Of a stretch of DNA of 15,248 nt, positions 10,146-15,248 are shown in pieces. The DNA comes from Paraspadella gotoi (Eukaryota > Animalia > Chaetognatha): positions 1 to 15,248 of the forward strand of contig JBJCIZ010000567.1 in the NCBI GenBank assembly GCA_051294375.1. Reading direction: 5' to 3'. The position numbers and the translations under genes are program-made. Numbering within the stretch: the stretch's first letter is position 1; each line of letters begins with the position of its first letter. The notes beneath the pieces were generated by a model. That model did no database searches. It had not been told where the DNA came from and saw only the letters and a program-made list of their open reading frames with translations.

Positions 10146-10169
10146 ATCGAAGGACGCTCACAGGGTCAC
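10146..10169 (-). promoter_or_regulatory. Degenerate primer-binding-site-like sequence (tRNA-Trp type)
   Basis: Minus strand GTGACCC-tgt-GA-g-CGT-ccttc-GAT versus the tRNA-Trp PBS TGGTGACCCCGACGTGAT. It lies between LTR B and the gag-like remnant. The leading TG is missing and the match is gapped. Confidence 0.3.
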
Positions 10170-10350
10170 TTTTCTGCATACGTATTCATAGATGTCTTAT
10201 TATCATTGATAATTACGAGCGACGATAATAACAATAATACACCGCTTAAATATTTTGCGATCGGACCTGATCGAAAGCACGCGTATAATTTACCAGTCGC
10301 ACTTGATCCGTTTGTTTTGTTTATGGATACAAAATACGTTTTACATTAGT

Positions 10351-10670
10351 TCGATACAATAAACAATGTTAAAATACATGTCGAACGAAAGGTACAATCG
10401 AGTAGTTTTACAAAACTGTAATGATCGTCATTGTACATTGAAATATTTACAAATAAACATAACAAACGTATCATATCTCTATCAGAGGCTGTGATCTTTT
10501 AGTTGTGCTTTTCCGTTAGCTCTCTGATTATCGCGTCGGTATTTCTGCCGAGCTACTACACACTATTCGAGGGCTGCAGTTTTGTCAGTTTTCGCGAGAT
10601 ATCCCTGTGTCCGCCTGTTCCGCTGAGTCAGAGATACAGGGGCTGGGACTGGACGCCGACAGCGTCTTCA
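10351..10670 (-). repeat. LTR of copy B (part alignable to 1-256; probably extends left to ~10175)
   Basis: 10351-10390 equals 1-40, and the TGAAGACGCTGTCGG start is at 10670. It is 320 nt versus 256 nt in copy A because of insertions, and it also carries substitutions. A garbled PPT follows at ~10671-10690. Confidence 0.85.
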
Positions 10671-13600
10671 CTGTGCGGCGCGCGCGCCCAAGACGCGCAC
10701 GATAACATAGAGTAGAAGTAGACTGGAAGGATATGCATCATGTGTAATATATTTACATTTCTTAATAGCGTAAATGTGTGGGGTGGTTAACAGAGGACTC
10801 ACCATCGGTACGGCCGCATGCGGTTTTATCCGGATGGCTTGTTGTATAAGACAGACATATGTCTGGATCATCAGCTAATCGTGTGACATGTTCTGTGGCT
10901 AGCGAAGAACCTTCACATTAAACGAGTTTCATCTTAGAGCGGGCTGAGTGGCTGTTTCTTGGCCAGATCTGCGGCTAAATGGAGAGATGCGAGTGGGTGG
11001 CGCCGGGGCCCCAGCAACAGATGCGCTCCGAGAGGCGTCCGCGGTGGTCATTATGGTCGGTCGTTTTTTTCAGCGCTCCGCTCACTGCTCGTCTTTACGA
11101 CAAACACGTGTCTTGATGTGCGGTCCGGAATGGAAATTATTCAATCTGGACTTGAAAAAGTCCGAATGTTCACCATGACTTCATCGAGGCGTCCGGCAAG
11201 AGTCGACCACGGCCGGAACACATTCTGGCACCCGCGGGCAGAAACAGACCTCTAAGAGGACAGAGGTAATATTGTTCGGGTTCGGGGTAAGAATCGCTGG
11301 CTTGAGGTGCCATACGAGTTTGGTATGCGTCTGCGTGGACGGAGCGCAAACACTATCAGACACGGCGAAGACTTCTTAGAGGCCGTCTCGCGCGGATGTC
11401 TCTATGGGGATGATCTGCGTGGCGTGGTTGCCGTCGACCCGGAAACAAAATAATTATAACACGTTAAAAGGGCGGTATACCAATCAATTTTCTTCAGCAC
11501 AGACATGGGCTTGACTTAGTTGGGCTAGCGCACTCAGGAAATCGGGCGCGCATCCAGAAGTGACAGCTGTGCCGTCCCGGCTACGGGATGAATTCGGCTC
11601 AAGCTGAGACGCCAGAAGGTCTTCTCACGTGAGACCACTCTGCCGCGGGGATCAGAAGCTTAAGGTATCGGTTGGCGCGTTAGGATAGAGGACTTGAGCG
11701 AGCCGCGCGAGACAGGACCCAGGGAGCTTTGGTCGAGAGGCACTCAACATCTAGTGTCACGATACCAGAACAGCTTGGCGGCGCAGGCGAGGCGCTGTTG
11801 AGCGGTGGAACGTCTTGCCAGCCAAATGCGGTGGCGCTGAGGGTGGATAAGATGTCGTTAATGAAATGCACTTGGCCCCCCGCCAGAGAGACGCTGCCAG
11901 TTGGCCGGCCACAGGCTCAGAAGAACGCAACTGAGCCTCCCGGATCCGACGTTTATGGTTGTAGTGGAGACGCCGAAGACGGCACGCGAACGCCACTCCG
12001 ATGGCAAGTAGGCTTGCACTACCTGTGGTCGGCCTGACTATCAGAACAAGGGCAACGCCTGCTGGCCAGCGTGGTGAAACGGTCCACCCAGGTTGAGGAG
12101 ATAAGACGGCCGCCAGCGAGATATCCAGGAGCACGCAGGTCTACCGCATCATAGCGTGCAGCTACGGTGTGAACATTTCGTTGGCATCTTCTTCTGGCGG
12201 AACAGAGCGCGTGTTCTGGGTCACAAGAAAAAAAAGGGGGTACGGCGAACTCTCCGAGCGCGCCGAGGCGTGGACGCGGACTCTTGAGACCTTTGACACT
12301 TGGGAACGCCAGGCAGGTGCCCAAGTCCGCGTAGACGTCTTTTGTTGTACGCCTTGAGTGTCTCAGACTATGAATCTTTCTTAGAGATCGAGTTGATTTC
12401 GAGTCTTGCATGTCCCGGTGCAGGATGATAGTTGTGGATGCACCGTTCAAACAACGTCTTCTCTCTCAGCGGCCATTGATATTGCAAGGGGCGAGGTCCT
12501 TAACCCAGTGGATTGAGAAATCAAAGGACGGGCGACAGCCACTCAGGTCGCAGAATTAAGGAAGACGAAAAGGTCAGCAAAGAAGTATTGGACTGCGATG
12601 GCACCTAATTTGTCTAGAGTAGACAGGGCTTCTTCTCAGAGACTCTTAAGCGGCTGTTCATCTGCAAGCCGCTGGAAAAAAGGGCGCTATAGCCATGGCC
12701 GCTTGAAGGAGGCGCTGTACATCCGGATCTGTCTTCTGGTCGTTGGCGATGGCGGCGAAATCCGAGTCGGCCAGAGCCGACCACCACCGGCGACATCCTC
12801 TGGAATGACGACGCGGGAAAGCGCGTCGGCGACGACGTTTGACTTGCCCGAGATGTGAGCGGAAGTCCGTCGTATATTCAGAGATGGCGGCGAGTTGATT
12901 CGCTCTGTTCGGGCAGACTTGCCTGTCGGTTTTCTTCGGCAGATGGATGGACCAAAAACTCACGTGATCCGTGAATAGCGTGAACGGGCGACCTTCGAGA
13001 AAATACCCTACGGAAATGGCGGACACGCCAGGCTGCCGGACACACGACCAATATTAATAGCTCTTCTCTTCACTCTCTCGTTTATCGGTATACGCGAGGG
13101 GATATGGTCTTTATTCGCCAAGCGAGAGTCTTCCGACATATCCTATAATGCAATCGGTTTAGAGGACGATATATATGCGGTAGGTACACTACGCCAACTA
13201 TGACCTGGTCGCGCACGCACAGCTTTCTTGTGTTCTAGATATGCGGGCCGCCGTGATGGCGATGTGCAGAAGCATCGACGTGTGGAGGCATAGCGGTCGG
13301 CTCGACTTCTGTATCACCTCATGTAACACCGCATGCGGGTGTAAATAATTAGTAGACTATAATGAATTTAGTGTCTTTGCAAAAAAAACTGGGATGTTCG
13401 CGTGCGAGCGTCGCCGCTTTCCTTTGGCGCGTCAAAAGCGCCGACCTCTCTGGTGTCCAATGCCACAGAGTCTTCGGTTGGGGGCGGCCTCGCCAGCGTC
13501 CGCGGTAAAGACGGCGCCCACTCTGTCGGCCCGCTTAAGGAGAGCGAAATAAAAACAGATGAATTGAGCATTCAGAAGGATTACCTTTGGCAGGCGCTTA

Positions 13601-14869
13601 TATGATTTGGACGCGGGCAGCGGAGGAAGCAGCGGGAATATGAGGGCGCGCTTTACTCTGTGGGTGGGTAGGTTGCGGAGGCGAGGCGCTCCATCGCAGT
13701 TGTATGCTGCGTGCAACTTGGGCAACTTATAATGTGAGACGCAGTTGGATTCGTGCCAGAGATGGTCTGAGCGGGAAAATGTCGGTCGAAGGGTAGGACA
13801 ATGAGATTTAAAGTGGAAAGAAATAAAAACAAAAAATATAGATTTTACGTATTGTGAAACACCCATCGTACTGTATAGTAGTGGATAACGAGGCTAGACT
13901 TGGAAAAATTTGTTTGTATTATTTTCGGGTGAGAAAATAAGCTGACGTGAATTTAAACCTGCGAAATCACGTTTCTCCGATGAGATTCGTTGATGGTCGG
14001 CCGAAAAACCGTGAGTTTACCAGCATTTTGTTCTACTCTCTGATCTCTGATCGATGACCGTCTATTAATGTGGATATTTTACAGATTTAATGCCAGATAC
14101 GTCGTGCTCATGAAACATGTGACTTAATGTCAAGGCCGCAGTCTGATTCCAGATTCAGAGATGCACTTGTCGTGTTGTATGAGAGCCGCTACCCTCAGAC
14201 GCGACGAGGATGTCATCCAGTAGTGTATTAATATCAACATCGACACTAGAGTGGTATGATACTTCACAGGTCAGGACCAGTATCGCTAACTCTCATTAAT
14301 AAATTAACGCTAGAGAACAGCTCTGAGCTCTCCGGATATCTACATATATAAGTACTCATGAGAGCGCGTATGATAGAATAATGATTAAACAGCTAATTGG
14401 TTTTGTGAGGAGCAGATACTTCATGGCGCCCACCTAAGTTTTATTATTTAATCGTTTATTAGGGCTCTCTGATGATAACCATTTGAGAAGGTCGATCTTA
14501 GGCTGAAAACGGTCATCGAATTGCGCGATCTGTTCTAGATACGTGTGATCAATGGCTTGGTATGAATTACTATTGGTCATTGAGTGATTTGCTACTCACT
14601 CTAAGGGTTAAATTATCTGAATCTGGATCGTTCTATGAACGTCGACAAATGTATGTTGATTTATTAATTAACGTGTGGTCGAAGCGGCGGGTTATAGTAC
14701 GCGGAAACTGCCAGTCGCGGAATCGCACGTCGCTTTAGCACACGACGGTGAAGAGGGGCAGAATGCCAGCGATGGTTTGGGCGCCTTTGACACGATAAAG
14801 GGTCGGCAGCACCGCTGCCGAGCCGCTCCCACCATTCGGCGAACTCGGCTTCGCGCCGCAGGCCCAGCA
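10671..14869 (-). mobile_element. Ty3/gypsy copy B internal region (RT-RNaseH-IN), extremely insertion-riddled
   Basis: AEFAE..ERLG (~14850-14815), W..PLH (~14770-14745), MTVFS.KIDL-like (14517-14488), VDAS (13279-13268), YFLEGRPFTLFTDH and LAAISEY (ORF 12658..13026), NVVADALSR (12839-12813), VDRFT (~12087-12073), HPQ (~11846-11838), and matches to copy A at ~11177-11205 and ~11405-11440. Confidence 0.9.
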
Positions 14870-14894
14870 NNNNNNNNNNNNNNNNNNNNNNNNN
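14870..14894. other. Assembly gap, 25 N, inside the RT N-terminus
   Basis: 25 consecutive N with RT sequence on both sides. Confidence 0.99.
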
Positions 14895-15248
14895 CCTTCG
14901 CCGCCGCCAGCTTCTCCGGAGACAGACGCCTCGCTCTCGCGAAAACCGGATGACCTTGAGTCGGAATATGATGGACCACACCATGACCCGGCGCGGCGGA
15001 AGAGAAGGTGGGTGTCGTCAGCTCAGGGCAATCATCGAGCAGTTTGATGAAGACATTGTTCACCTCCGGGCGGTGGACCCGCTCGTAGGCGACGGCGTTG
15101 GCGCTGCAGCGGATCGTTTCAAACATTGTGGCGTCGACGAGCCTCTTGCGGCCCACGTCGACTAGGAGACCATGGCGTCGAAGGAAATCGGCGCCCAAAA
15201 TCGGCCGCGTCACATCGGCTACGATAAAACGGCCAACTAAGTCTGACG
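14895..15248 (-). CDS. pol: Pol fragment: aspartic protease C-terminus and start of reverse transcriptase (clean, runs off the window)
   Basis: Uninterrupted frame FIVADVTRPILGADFLRRHGLLVDV...HGVVHHIPTQGHPVFARARRLSPEKLAAAK. ILGADFL is the retropepsin C-terminal motif. Confidence 0.93.

Noticed and set aside
10170-10350. Exact LTR 3' end (CA) and target-site duplication
   Set aside because: There is no second clean copy of this part in the window and the sequence is noisy, so the boundary cannot be fixed.
5532-14869. Missed-adapter (fold-back) read as the cause of the duplication
   Set aside because: That would give inverted copies, but all copies are in the same orientation.
1-15248. A novel RT-based system (retron, diversity-generating retroelement, or template/variable repeats) suggested by three diverged RT-linked repeats
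   Set aside because: The RT sits in a PR-RT-RNaseH-IN polyprotein with PPT and LTR, which is an ordinary gypsy element. Copy differences are insertions and synonymous changes, not adenine-specific mutagenesis, and there is no prokaryotic gene organisation.
1-15248. CRISPR array, tRNA or rRNA genes
   Set aside because: No regularly spaced repeat-spacer units, cloverleaf or rRNA motifs seen.

Overview
Eukaryotic draft-assembly sequence; an arthropod source is plausible but is only inferred. It is dominated by one Ty3/gypsy (Metaviridae) LTR-retrotransposon family lying on the minus strand in three copies: A (1-3622), C (~5532-8800) and B (~10170-14869). A clean protease/RT-start fragment follows at 14895-15248. 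Domain order is PR-RT-RNaseH-IN, followed by a G-rich PPT and a TG-starting LTR. Only ~1-990 and 14895-15248 are close to intact. The rest of the element sequence is inflated by dense short insertions, and 5532-14869 sits between two exactly 25-N gaps, which looks like noisy long-read gap filling rather than evolutionary decay. Positions 3623-5506 are non-TE, host-like DNA with a possible orphan terminal exon and (GTC)/(GAC) microsatellites. I found no convincing novel biological system. The best real leads are: a possible head-to-tail tandem sharing one LTR (LTR B followed by a tRNA-Trp-like PBS and a gag-like remnant); synonymous changes separating B/C from A; an AT-hook-like motif in the integrase tail; and pol reading through the PPT into the LTR.
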